Shown: positions 28,206-41,900 of the stretch, piece after piece | Numbering within the stretch: position 1 is the stretch's first letter | Layout: the number at the start of each line of letters is the position of its first letter | Source of the DNA: Trichoplax adhaerens | Taxonomy: Eukaryota; Animalia; Placozoa | Direction: 5' to 3' | Assembly: GCF_000150275.1 (NCBI RefSeq) | Contig: NW_002060953.1 | Span: 1,714,465-1,778,464 of the forward strand | DNA length: 64,000 bases | Notes under the pieces: generated by a model | What the model was told of the DNA's origin: nothing | What the model saw: only the letters and a program-made list of their open reading frames with translations | Database searches by the model: none | Translations under genes and position numbers: made by a program

Positions 28206-30346
28206 CTAAGTTTATAGATAACAATCTTGATACGATAGTTTTTTTAATATTTGCGCGGTATACTGTATGTAGCATGGCATAGCCATTAAAGTAAATGTGA
28301 AATTCCCATTTATTTGCACCTACGCTCTAAACTAAATTGCTTTCTATTTTCTACATTACACAATATTCAGTATTTATTTCCGATTTACTAGGTGAAATAA
28401 ACGTTTATACGCCATAACTAAGAACTTAGTAAATTATAATAGCAATAAGAATATAGTTAACTGTTACAATAAATAACACTGTTTACAGTTGAAAAATCAA
28501 AATAGACTAAGTCAAACATGATGGCGATATAAAGGGTTAGTTTTAATAATTAATTAACACAAGTATTCTATAACATAGAAATAGTAATATTTAGTCTCAT
28601 TTTGTGTCTTAATATATAAGACTTAGATGTTCTTTGTTCATCATCACTACATGGTAGTAGGGGATAGCTGCTGTTGGAGGTTGGTTAATAAATAGTAATT
28701 AAAAACGAACTTTACTGAAGTATATGATTGGAATCATAGTCGAAGTACCAAAAACAATCAGTAAATACTGCTTATAGATCGACATAGCTAGGCATTTACC
28801 GAGTCATAAATCATGTAAAAGCGAGATTACAAACAAAATAAACGTGTTGTAGTGGACTAAATATTGTAAAGAACCCTTAGATGATCATTTCTACAGGATG
28901 TTAGGCTAACTCAAACCAAATTTAAACTACTTTTTAGATATACAGTATACTGCGTTACATATACATCATAATTCTGCTATATTATGAATTAGCTAGTAGT
29001 ATTCACAACTGTTCATTCCTACTGGTAACCAACATGAATAGCTCCTGGGGTTCGGGTACTTTTTTAGCATCATTTCTGATAGCGTGTGAATTTAACCAAT
29101 TTCAATCAATTTCGATCAGCCCTGCATTGAAAAATACTCGTTATGATCATTTTTCTGCTGCAGAGTATAAGTAATAAAAAATTTCGATTATTCTTGTCTC
29201 CCTATAGGATAACAATTAGCCAGAGCATAATTCTAACTAATGGTCACTCAGCTTTCATCAAGGAATAATTAATTTTCTTTTAATAAATTCTCCACCTGTA
29301 TCAACATAAAATTCATTTTGCATAATGGAAAATAGTCTTAATTAGTAGAAAGAGGCATTGATGTCTTTTAAATTAAATATAAAGATTTAGCTTTATTTGT
29401 CCTTGATATAGATTGCATTCTACATATGCGTATAACACACAATAGAATTTAATATTCGATTTAAATTTTGCTTAAATGATGGAAGTTGTACAAGCAACGA
29501 CAATTCTCAAATATTGCTGCTATATCATCGATTAAGGTTATTGGTAAGGTAGATAGCTTCAATACATTACATCTTTTTTAACCTACTCGACTCGAATTCT
29601 GTCTCTAGTAACATTAACCTACTGAAGATTCTTTAGTCGCTTACACCGTTCTATAGCCTAAAGGCCTTTCCTGATCTAAAGTATGCAATAAAGCCATAAG
29701 AATACGTCGCGTTAATTTCCATCATTAAATTACCATTAGCCGATAAGAAAAGTAATTTTATTGTAGTAATGTAACGGTAATCAAGACAACTATGGTGAAT
29801 AGATTTTACAATAATTGGCGAGCTTGTAGGAAACTAGCTGCAGCCGCATACCAGGTCTTGTCAAGGATCCACACATATGAATCATCTTACAACAGTATCT
29901 ATGACTATTACTTACATGCTGCCACATATCATGCCTTGACAAGGATCTACACTTCTGAATCATGTTACCGTAGCAATTATGACTTCTAGTCGAGTTCCCG
30001 TTCAAATAAACGGGAACGTATACTACACAACACATTATACTGGACAAAATTCAGAGCTAGATTCTTAGACTATGTAAGAATCCCTTCATAATTCAATATC
30101 AAAAATTTTTTTTAATAAACCGTTATGCAGTCGAGAATACATCTCTCGCCGTTTATAACTTAGGGCAATATAGATCTTAACATATTATATATTTGCTATC
30201 GCGTAAGGTATCAAGTTTGTACATATTGATTGTCAAAGATTGCTATTTAATACTCACTAAATCATACATAGGTAATAATCATTTTTGCGAGTGACACCAA
30301 AACAGAGCACTAAGTGGATTATTACCTTAGCCAGCTAAAGTTATTT

Positions 30347-33300
30347 ATGGCAGAAGCTACTTTACCAAATCAGTCACAACCTTGTGGAAATAATTTATTA
30401 CTGGTTGGAAGCAAGCAATCCCCATCAAGTTCAGAAGCTCTCCAACAGCAACAAAGTAGTATTTTTAGTTCGATATCACTATCATCATACCAAGTAATTC
30501 CTCCTGTAACTCATCAACCAGGTATTAGAAAACGCATAGCTTACAATCTATCCATTACTTCAGTTTTTTATCATATACTAATCTACCATTATCAATGCTA
30601 AAGGATCGGAGCCTGAAAATACTGTTGCATGGACACCCCCAGCTCAACAGACACAGGATTGTCCATCTGGACTAGAATATTTAATAAATCTTGATAAAGT
30701 CCTAATAAAACAACAACCCGATCCTTTGGAAAGTAATTTTTTCATACGTCAATACAAAAATATCTCAACAGTGATAATCTGATAAAGAATTGAAAATTCA
30801 CAGTAGCTATAGAAAGATATTGCAACAAAATTATGTAAATTAGAACTTTAGCGATAGCAATAAATAGCTATGAATTAAACAATTTTTTATGTAATGTTGT
30901 TAACAGTGAAATCTTACACGATAACGCCCGATCGATTTATTATAAAGAATAAATATGATCAGCAAGTTTTTCTAGGTGTAGAAGGTAAGCATATGGCTTA
31001 CTTTTAACTATGTATGTATCTGAGAGATAAATTAGTGAAGTAAAAGATCACTTTGGATCATAATCAAAGATATATACTACTTTATATAACGTTATTTCAT
31101 CTCGCGCTAGTAACTTGCTTAATCCTAATTGGGATTCTGACTTTTTGAAATTCAATCTTTTAAGTACGTAACTCTCGTTTGAAATTGCATTCCATTATCT
31201 GCCATTTTTCTGAATTTTGCAACAACTTTTTAGAAGGCGAACCTCGGCAAACGTTAGATATTTACAGGCCAATTATTTTAAAGGCTTATGACCGAAGCGG
31301 GCTAGAAGTATTTAAAGTCTATCGTGGATCTCTACCAGTATACTCGCTTTGTTCATGTAGTGCATCAAGTTCTGTAAAGATTCGACTCACTTTTGAATCA
31401 CCACCGGGCACTCTACTCTATTACCTTTGGCCGTAAGTAGTAAAATCATAATCTTATTTTATATTCGTAATTCTACTTCTGCTTAGTCTATAAATTATGC
31501 TATCAGAAATTAGAATATAAGTATGAAAGTTAGTAGATAAAAAACGTCATACAAGGCTTGTTGTCATCAACTCTCCTGCTTTACGTCGATGTTTATCTTG
31601 GAATTTTGTTCCGCTTTACCTAAAATCTTAGAACTAGTTTTAAAGGTCATTACTACATAAATGACATAAACGGTAAATGCTACGTAAAGGTTATAAACAA
31701 AATCAAAAGGAAGCAGTTCTTGGAATCTCCACCTACAGAATTCAATTTTGATGTAAGAAAAAGAACGATAAATAATAATAGTCACTTTTACAGCTAATAT
31801 AATAAGTAACAAGTAATATAAGATGGTGTCACAAATTTCGTTTGTTACCATGAGTTCTTCTACTATGATAACCTGTGAAACCTTCTACCATATTGTAAAT
31901 CTGCCCTCAAGCGTCACTATTTTCACTACCTTCGTGAAGGACCGTAGTCAACAGTAAGAATCAGTCTAGAAGTTTGCTAGCTAATATAACAAAGTTATAT
32001 TTATTCAACTGTCGTTGCACTCTGTAGCTTAAATTACTCCTCTCTATTTAAGTACAAATGCGCTTCCTTATATATTTGTGCCAAACTCAACTTGTACAAT
32101 CGGTTCATTATTTCCTATACCGTAATATAGTCTTTTTCTATACACATGTAATTATATTAATTATTCCAGAGTATATACATGTACGTACGTTAATTAATAT
32201 ACTATGAGCCAACTTAAATTCGCTTAGTGCCTAACAAATAGCATAAAAGTGTGACAACCGCCATTTTGATTATTACATGTATTTTGCATAGCACTTAACC
32301 TATATTTATACAATCGTTAATGGAAATCCATTATCGGTTGAATATTACAATTTTACCATAATATTTACAGCTGCCCATTTCTAAATCAATTGCATTACCA
32401 CCTTTACTATTTTAAACCATAGCAGATGGATTAGAACCTCAATCCATTTTAATCTATTTCGTATCTAACTCATCTGGGTCCCAATTTGCCACGTATTCAT
32501 TGTCATTCTAAAGTCAGATTTTTCTTGTAAGTTATTGTACGAATCTTACTAACTTCGTTTCTTTTATTAAAAGATATATGATTACATAGAGAATTGCTTA
32601 ATTGGTACTATGAAGAAGAAGTGGTTAGGCCATCAAGCCCTATCTCATGAGCACAGCCTTGAAATTGACTGTAAGAGGCTGGATACGTATTATTGATCAG
32701 CAACCTTAAAATTACTGTTACATTAGTGAATTTAATTTATTTTTCTACTGCAATCTTCACTTTAAAATTTTGTTTTAACCAGTGATTCCTTTCTGTAATA
32801 TACTAGATTCTGAGCCATAGACCAAAGCATATTAAAATTCTATTCTTAATGCTGTAACTTTCGATTAAAGCAAAGTTAGCGCTAGCGAAAACTGAGATAA
32901 AAGTGCTATAATTATGAGCTAAGCTTGGATTACACTACTAGTTTCTTAAAGATAGAGTCATTAAGTTAAATCTATGATTTATAAACTGATAATGGCCAGA
33001 TAAATTAGATCGAACTGAACTGTTTTAAAATCACACGTAATTTTCCAACATTCTAGTTCTAATCGATTCACCTCCAGGACTGAAAGCATGTATTATCGCG
33101 ATCGGTATGCTCTACGTAAGTTTTCTCATATTCCTTTATGCCTCCGTTAATACTTTGATTCAAATTTTACAAAATCAAATTGATCAAAGGATTTCATACG
33201 GGATACAGAGAATCGTGTATTCTTTTCTAAATTAATGCTGTTAGTGATTCATCAGAGTCGATAGAGAAATTTTAAGGATTAAGAAATTGACAGATTTATT

Positions 33301-33425
33301 ATGTCATGCTTTGTCTATTCAATATCTACTTGTAGGATGTCTATTTCTTTGATAACTACACAGAACACCAGAACCGTATAGTGGAGCATAACTGTGGAAG
33401 AAAAAGCTTTGTCAATCGTAAATAA
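30347..33425 (+). CDS. Phospholipid scramblase (PLSCR/Scramblase family), apparently intact copy C, 8 coding exons
   Basis: Exons 30347-30521, 30604-30732, 30907-30984, 31165-31432, 31632-31752, 32574-32670, 33057-33115 and 33336-33425, all GT-AG and phase-compatible. Motifs WTPPAQQTQDCPSGLEYLINLDKVLIKQQ, FIIKNKYDQQVF, FESPPGT, IGTMKKKWLG and LKACIIAIGMLYDVYFFD match remembered PLSCR motifs (CPPGLEYL..IDQILIHQ, KN..GQ.V, IQAPPG, GKISKHW.G, KAVMIGACFLIDFMFFE). Confidence 0.85.
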
Positions 33426-34217
33426 CCAGTAAATTTTCTGTTCAAATCAACGAGTATTTATTCTACATAAAAGCAATACATGAAAAGAAAATTCACAGCT
33501 ACATTATCTTACTATATATATCCTGCAATTTGCCATATAGCAGTACCTCAATTGATGAGAAAAATTGAAGTATTCTCAGCGTTAAATAGCTTGATGCATT
33601 CCAGTTTTATCGTATTGGAAAAGTAAATAGAGAGATACCGTAATGACCAATCATGAAATGTGATTTTCATCGGGTCGTATATAGGTATTACTTTGTTGAA
33701 ATGTATTCGACTTTGATCGAAATTTAAGGTGAAATGGTCTACTCAGCTTTATTTTATGGCTATCAGAACTGCGTGATCTACTAAAGTAAAACAAATTTTC
33801 ATTGATATGCTATGAATTTTCATATGATCTGAGTTCGTGATCAGTATCTAGGCAGTGACGTATAATTTCTAATAAGGCATAGCTCATTAATACATGGATT
33901 GCTGTTAACATTGATCCTTAATTATCATTTCCGATACTGGATGTTATTACTTTGATTTCCAATCTAAGAAGTAGCCTTTATTCTGTCCATTTAAATTCTA
34001 ACTTCATTAATATTTGAAGTGTTTCATGGGATTTGTGTTATAGAATGAAGTACATTATTGATTGGCGACTCGATATGATAATAAATTATACTAGTGACCT
34101 ATGATTTAGCCTAATAACCTGCTTCAAAGATATCACCTTACACATAAGAACTTTAATTTTGCAGGAGAAATGGCCATAAATATGCCTGCATGAATTAGAT
34201 CACTAATAAACTATCAA

Positions 34218-34526
34218 CTATGATGATCCACGCTTAGCATCGTGTTCAAGTTTAGTTCCAAAATCTTTAACCTTGTTATTGCGATTGATTTTTAGTAAGC
34301 CGCAGAATAGATCGAAATCTTTATCTCCGCGTGCCTCCATCAAAATTTCCAATAGATTTCCGTTCATATCTTCTGTGTGAATCAATAATTCAATATCCTT
34401 CACTTGCCAAGGACTTAAGATTTGCTTCTTTATCAGATCTTCAAGTAATTCTAGGATTGGAACAATTGTAATAAATTGTTCACTATTTTTGTCTAATGCA
34501 GCATAAATATCAGGATCTATTTCCAT
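34218..34526 (-). CDS. CARD-only protein (102 aa) or truncated CARD gene duplicate
   Basis: MEIDPDIYAALDKNSEQFITIVPILELL...HTEDMNGNLLEILMEARGDKDFDLFC is a close paralog of the 17398 CARD. The strong g|gtaa donor of its paralogs is replaced by c|gtggat, followed shortly by TAG. Confidence 0.75.
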   Translation of the reverse strand: MEIDPDIYAALDKNSEQFITIVPILELLEDLIKKQILSPWQVKDIELLIHTEDMNGNLLEILMEARGDKDFDLFCGLLKINRNNKVKDFGTKLEHDAKRGSS

Positions 34527-35439
34527 GCTCGATCAGTATAGGTTGAATTAAAACTAGGAAATTCGTCTGAAATAGAACGTGAAGTTGACCGTTAATATCT
34601 ATGTCAATATGATGATGTAACTGCATATTCAATATCAATGTAGGATTAATCAATGGCTTATTTTAAAGGCAATTGTGTCTCCATAAGTTTAATTGACAAT
34701 CCTTAAAGTACGGCTATTTACCTTTTAAAGTACGATTATATACCTTGTTATAGATTTCAGAATTAGACAAAGTTATTAAAGAAATAATCTAAAGATCGGC
34801 GCTCCAAAAGTAAAGCAGTAGATGCATGTAGTTTCTTAGCCAATCTAAGAGTTTAGTAGAAGGTATAGAATTTCAAGTGACTTCCTCTAGTTACTGATCA
34901 CAAATATTAGTGACGATTGAACACAATCAATTTATCTATGAAATGATCGCAAGTTAATATAGGTGCGCTACTTTTATAGCTGCTTATGCTCTTTACTAGT
35001 TATAAAGTAATTTAGCAGTTAGAACAAAACGAAATTAAACGGAAGAAAAAAATTTGTCAACATTCCAAAACTACAGAAATGAACTCTAAACATGATAGAA
35101 ATTGCTTCTTCTCGCTGTAAGGTAGTAAGCACAGACAGTACTCTTATTATTCTATCCTGTGTGTAAGTTCAATGCGCTTGCTACAGTACTATCTTCGATA
35201 GTCTTAGTGTATCTATTAGAGAATATAGAATAAATGCTCGTTTAAATTAAAAAGAATTTAGTTACTAATTGAACTGTAACAATTCTGATAGCTATCGATG
35301 AATTAATATAGAATTCCGCTTATAGAAAGTGGTAAGCAAGCTTAAAAATTGTCGTAATGAGTCCAAATGAAAGCATTGACAAAACTACATTTTCATTAAA
35401 GCATTCATATTTTGGGAAAATATGAAGTATCGGCAGTAT

Positions 35440-35489
35440 NNNNNNNNNNNNNNNNNNNNNNNNNNNNNNNNNNNNNNNNNNNNNNNNNN
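35440..35489. other. Assembly gap (50 N)
   Basis: Run of n characters. Confidence 1.
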
Positions 35490-37099
35490 AAACTGTGATG
35501 AAGCTCAGGATCAATTATATCTAGGATTACTGAAGTATTTCAATAATTCACAGTAATGCAGATTGGAGACTTGCTAGTGAGGAAATGATCGTATTTTCTT
35601 TTCTGATAGATGAATATGCTTCTCATTCGGCCATATTCTCATAATAACTGCATTCAATCTGATCCTGGTATTAAATACGTCTATAAAGAGTTTACCACCA
35701 TAATATTTTGAAAAATATTGTGCATAGGGTTTGTACAAAGACTAATACTCATACCACTCATAAATATTCGCGTAAATACCATTGATCGCCTTTCGTGCTG
35801 TTAAAAATATTTTAAATTTATTTAAATATAGATGTGCTATTCTAATTTTAGTTCCAGTACTTACTTATACGTCCTACCGTAGTGACAATTCTTCTGTTCA
35901 TTCCAAAAATTAAATCATTGCCGAGTTGGCTTTTATATAGAATGCTTATTGTAGTTGTATAAAATTACTCATTATATATATAGTACTGGAATTTTAGTCG
36001 CATGTAATTAGTCTCTATATATGCAAGGATTAAATACTATTCATTTTCATATCTCAGTTACGGTGTTACCTTAAAGCTACTTTGAAAGTATGAACGTTCT
36101 GAGATACCCTATTTTATCAACTTTTCTTGTTTATGGTAGCCATAAATAGTCAAAGATTATAATTATTCACCATTGTATGTCGGGAATATGATTTAATGAA
36201 CTTTTCTTGCATATGACAATTATAATAATCCATTGCATGTCCTTAGTACAATCCGATCAATTTTTCTTGTGTATACTAGTCATAAATGGTCAGAGATTGT
36301 ATATAATTATTCGTCATTGTATAGCTCAAATAGGATTTTATCAACTTTTTGGGGCAACTATAATTTACACGCTAGCCAGGTATGGAAAAATTTTCAAGCA
36401 TTTTCTATTTAGAACACCCGTAAACGATAATTTATCCATTTGTATTACAAATTTAATTTTATCCATCATTAATCAATTCACTATGTCATCAAAATTTTAC
36501 GGCGGCAAAGTAACGACTTCTATATTGGGGATAAGTATCGACATTTTTAGAACAAATTTCATAAACTGCTATGATAAGAACCATGCTTACGAGCGATTTG
36601 AGAGCATCTTGCAATGGAATATAAACCTATGACTGTAAACTAATTAAATGATCAATTATAAAACACTGGCAAAAATCCATTCTGTATTCTGTTCAAGCTA
36701 TCCTCGACAAAATCAATTGGGAACATTGACAATACATATAACCTTTACAGTTTATCCCTGCCTATTTACTGTTTGTTTATTGTCATTTAAGAATTGATCG
36801 CCGATATTGCAGTGAGAAAATGAAATTTAAGTTTTTTAGAGCAATTTTTGGCTTTCGAAAACAAAGGTATTTCTTTAATTATTGCAAGTTATGTTTATTG
36901 CATTAAGATATTGTTTATATTTATAATGAAGAAGCTCACTTGAATGGTATCGCTAATTCGGTTGGTACAATATTCTATCTTAGTAACAAATTCTATATGA
37001 CAATTACTCCTAGATGGATGTTAATCAAATGTTAAAACACATATAGTGCCATCTAGAGCAATATTGTTAAAAAATTTTCATGCCTGATAGTAATATACT

Positions 37100-37393
37100 A
37101 TGCTATATTAAGATTAGTTAATGGTCCAGAGCACATTTTGATAACTAATGTACGGTGATGGACATACCAAGTTAAGATTAGCAGGTACTGTAAGATATCT
37201 ACAGTGCGGTAGAATGTCCTTAGTACTGTGGTCAATTCTATACCAATCATGATAATGTGTCTAAGGATCGCTGTCGTATGCAAGCAAAGCTTGCTCTGTC
37301 GATAACAACCGTTATAAGAAAATGTAACAATCAAAATGGCTGTGTAGAAAACTCTATAAAGATTCTATGTTTATTCAATTTTCATCAGAATAT
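37100..37393. repeat. Inverted copy of the 12806-13099 repeat
   Basis: Reverse-complement match; it abuts scramblase relic D. Confidence 0.9.
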
Positions 37394-37402
37394 GATAATA
37401 TG

Positions 37403-38282
37403 CTAATAAAACAAACAATCGATCCTTTGGAAAGTAATTTCTGTATTTGCCGATATAGAAATATGGTAACAGTGATAGTATGATAATTCAATGAAATTCT
37501 CAATGACCTTACAAATACATTTCAGTCAAAATTTAGTAGATTTTCAGTGTTAACAATAAATAGCCGTAAACTAAACAATGTACTAAATATTTTAACAGTG
37601 TTATCTTGCACGATAATGCCTGACAGAATTAATATTAAAAATAAATAGGATCAGTAAGTTTTTCTACGTAGAAGGTAAGAAGTTAACTTTCTTTTAACTG
37701 CGTATACGTCATATAGATGAGATGGTAGGCTAAAAGATCCTTTTAGAGCATAGTTAAAAATCATGTCAAAGCTATATACTGTAGTAGTTGCTATTTTCTC
37801 CTACGCTAGTCGATCCTTGACTTTTAAAATTTGATCCGTTAATGATTGATTATCGTTTGCAATTGCGTTTCAATGATTAATTTTCTCAGAAGGCTTATCT
37901 TTAGAGGAAAATGTTGGATAGCTACAGGCCAATTACTTTGAAGCTCACTATAGAATCGGACGAGAAATATTTGTAGGCTATCGTGTAGCCTTACTAGCAT
38001 GCTCGCTTTGCTTATGAGGCAAATCAACTTCTGTAAAGATCCAGCTTATTTTGGAATCACTACGGGCACTCCCTTCTATTATCTTTAGCCGTAAGTAGTA
38101 TGATCAGAATCTAATCGATGTATACTCTCAAGCTTTGTTCCGCTATGCATGCATAACCTTAGGACCGCTTTAAGACTCACTATTATGTAACTGGCTTGAA
38201 CGGGAAAGTCATATAAAAGGTCATAAATATTATCAAAGGGAATTTGTTCTTACAATCTCCATTTACGGAATTGTAGCTTGAT
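37403..38282 (+). pseudogene. Phospholipid scramblase paralog D, heavily decayed fragment
   Basis: ctaataaaacaa...gatcctttggaaagtaat, tttaacagtg...aaaaataaataggatcagtaagtttttcta and gaatcactacgggcact match exons 2-5 of copy C, with stops and indels. Confidence 0.8.
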
Positions 38283-38968
38283 ATAAAAGAAAGAACGACG
38301 AATTCTCATCTTTATAGCTGACATAGACTCAAGCTAAGATAGAACAGATTAGTACCTTAATCCATTTTAGTCCATTTCGTATCTGAAGCATCTATGTCGT
38401 TTATGGATATTCTAAGCACAACGAGTGTGAAAACTTTCCCATATCCATCTTTCGTGTAAATCATAATTACCAAGAAAATGAATAAAATTGTATTCGAGAC
38501 ATATTGTGACCAATAATATAATTAAACTTTTGACCATTTATGACTATTATTAATGCACGTACATATGCACGGACTGTTTAGACCAAATTTACTTCACCGT
38601 CAGTCAAATTGGACTGAAAATAATATGCACAATATCAATTTGCAACCCAAACAACTGCCATATTAATTAAAATTAAAAAAAATTGTTGAATTACGGTCAC
38701 TGATATTCACATTAACATTAAAAATATTTTGCTGTTAGAAATAGCATTAATTCAATTTATAAGTGTGAATCCTTGTGCAGATCGAGACGTTTCGAAATTA
38801 TGGAAACCGATCGTATAGGACATGCTACCCGTTATTCGACTCTCTCTTAGCTTAAATGTAGTATAAAAAATACGTAGACCGTTATCGTTAGCAGTTGTTT
38901 CAAGCTGATGAACAACATTTAAACTCTGCAATCGCACAAGAGACGATATTATGCATAATATAACCTTA

Positions 38969-41900
38969 TCAATTTTGACTACATAAATGCTCTTCCACTA
39001 TCTCTGCAGCTAAAACATTTCCAATATTTCGCAGAATGCCAGTAACCTGCCAAATATCAGCCTTTGAACCCAAGTTTTGGTGCCACCTATCTAGCACTTT
39101 GAGAACTTTATCATAAGAGGTGGAGCTGTTCATCGTAATTTCATCAATATCTTTAACTTCCAGCCCTAGTTTCGTTGCAAAACGGAACAAGCATTTCTGA
39201 TCCAGTTTTTCGGCTATTATGTCGAAACACTTGATGAAGTTTACTGTTCAAATCAGCAAACAGTAGGTGTTAGTTTACCGTGGATTACTTGTAATCGTAT
39301 TTAGAATACACACTACACGTAAGTGTGGTCTAAAACAAAATATTAAAGTTATATCGAGCCATTAACGCAGTAAAGTATATCAACAAACAATTAGTAAGGA
39401 TTGCTAATTTTTACATTACATAAAATTAACTAATTTGGGCGATTATGGGGATAGAAAAAAAGTTGAGTATAAGGGCTGTTTAAATTTTGAAGTTTCTACT
39501 ATCTAAATCTGCAGCAGTGACTTTACAAAATTGCGTATTTTTATGTACACACTTTGATAACATCGCGTTACGAATACGTACACTACAATCGTTAAAACTA
39601 TCTTTAGGTCAAAAAGGAAAAAATTAAAGTTTTGATCCATTGCGTTGCAATACGTACCAGCCTTTTCTGAGCTCAGTTCTTCTTTCTTGATAATATCTGT
39701 TATTGATGATAGCGTTTATAAAAACAAAAGAAGAAAAATATGTTAGTCACAGTGTACGCTTTCTTTCCCAAAAGACCGGTATGTTTGCTGTATAGTTAGT
39801 AATTGCAAGGTTTACTAAGGTATCATAGGAATCCTATTAACATCAAAGAATCTTTATTACAGTGATCAACATTGTTTGAATATCTTTCAATTCGACGATG
39901 TTATCGTAAAGAACGTAAACAAATTCTATTATAGCAAAACCATAATGCACAGCAAATTGAGAAAATTCATTACTGCTACATGCTCTCCAAATAATAAAAT
40001 TGTAGTAAATACATCTAAACTTACAAATGCAAAAAGTTTCTTATATTATAAAGTTAACCTTTTGCATTCTTATCTACTGTAAATTCGGTATCAAAATTGT
40101 ATTAAACTAGAAATATCAGCCATGAAATCCTAATGTAACTTCATTATATTTCTGGCAGTTATCCTTGATTGATTTGATAACATTTAAGATAATTCAGACA
40201 AATTCGCAACAGACCTTTCTTTTTCATACCCCATTGATCAAGTGATGGCGAATCAAATATGAAATTACATTTTTGACAGCGGATTCTTCCCTTATGATCT
40301 TGATCTTCATGACTTAACTGACTTGTTAACTTTCCGCACATACAGCAAGTCACATACAGTGAGCAGTCAGCCGCCTGAAATCTAGGCATTCTATCGTTAA
40401 TAATTTTTTTAAAAGTATCCATAATGAAAAATTGTGGACGCTGAACTTCGATTGCTTGTCTAACTTTCAAGTCTTCATTCTCATTTAATATCTGATACGA
40501 GTATTCCAAACTAATGTAAGATTCGCTTTTTTTAATAATCATATAATAGTCGCTTTGACGTATATAATATTTTGCACATTTATAGCACAGTTTGACAAAT
40601 TGATTATTCCACTTTTTCATACAAGCCGCCACGAGGCAATAAAAGATGCCATCCGATATATATGGTATATTTGATTTATTAAATCCCATGAACAGTGCGC
40701 CGGAAACATACTCTTCTTCTTTATTCGTCGTAAAAGTCACATTAGGACGTAGTAAATATGGAACAATAAACTGACGAATGCAATTGCTAGAAGCAACATC
40801 GACCTTAATTTCACAAATAATATTATAGTGCTCCATAATTTTCAAAACACGTTCTTTATCATCATCTATCAAGTTAAAAGGACTTAATGCATTATCAAAT
40901 ACCCTTTTCGACACCTTGCCTGTAGTGTAAGCGATATTATAGTCTTCCAAAGTATCAGCGCTGGTGATAGTTTTACTTCCCTCTAATACAATTAAGGCAC
41001 GAAAAATCTTCACTAGCCATTCCACATTTGTAATGACAATATTTTCTTTTGTGATCTCCTCTCGGTAAAATAATAATTCACCAATATCATGCAAATAGAG
41101 TAACATATCGATTAATTCTTGATCATCTTCTACACTGTCCATATTTCTTTCGTATAGTCCGTAATCGATAGCTACTTCCTTGATTTCACTTGTAGTCATA
41201 ATATTCTTGATGCCATTCTCTTGGCTATGTAATAAAGTAGCCATGAAATACCACTTAGTAGGGATTGGCTTGTTAACGAAGGGCAAGGCTTGGGCAAATG
41301 TTTTTATGATATTGAGTAAATCTTCGCGACGTCGGAGACGCTCCTCAATCTTTGCAGAGGTGTTGTAATTTTCTTCTCCACAATCAAAAATAATTCGAGA
41401 TGAACATATGTTGGCTTTATATGATGGTAACTGCTCGACCAATTTGTGTGTAAATTCATCAAAGGTAGCTATAGGATCTTGCTTTCCTTCAATTTCATCA
41501 CCGTGTGTAGCTACTAAAATAACAACTGGTAACCTATATGTTTCAGCGGCTTGATTATTCCGTTTTACTGATATTTCAGTATTACTATTGCTGCAGCCTA
41601 TAACTGATGTGAGCCATTCCTTAATTCTGTCAAGATAAGTATCTCTAGCTTCTTTTCCTCCTCGAGCTTTCACCTTGTTTCCTATACTTTCGGCAATATT
41701 AAAGACTAGAATATAAAGGCTATTACCCGAAATAAAGGGTTGATGTGTTACATGATATACAGCTTGTCCACCGAAATCCCATAATTTTCCGTACTGATTT
41801 CGATCAATGTTGAATTTTTCCGTCAACCGCAGATGTTGTTTAAAAAATTTACGAATGATTTGACGACGCTGAGCTTTGGTTTCCTTGATATGGTCTGATA

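Larger units (their letters stand above)
24231..32550 (+). repeat. Tandem segmental duplication (about 24231-28140 versus 28262-32550) carrying scramblase copies B and C
   Basis: Colinear similarity across intergenic DNA (24340 acctacgctctaaactaaattgc vs 28318), exons and introns. Confidence 0.85.

Noticed and set aside
31567-31851. Minus-strand hydrophobic 94-aa ORF
   Set aside because: Antisense to scramblase exon 5 and AT-rich intron; likely spurious.
36207-36632. 141-aa + strand ORF
   Set aside because: Non-ATG start, no recognisable motif, and it overlaps degenerate short repeats.
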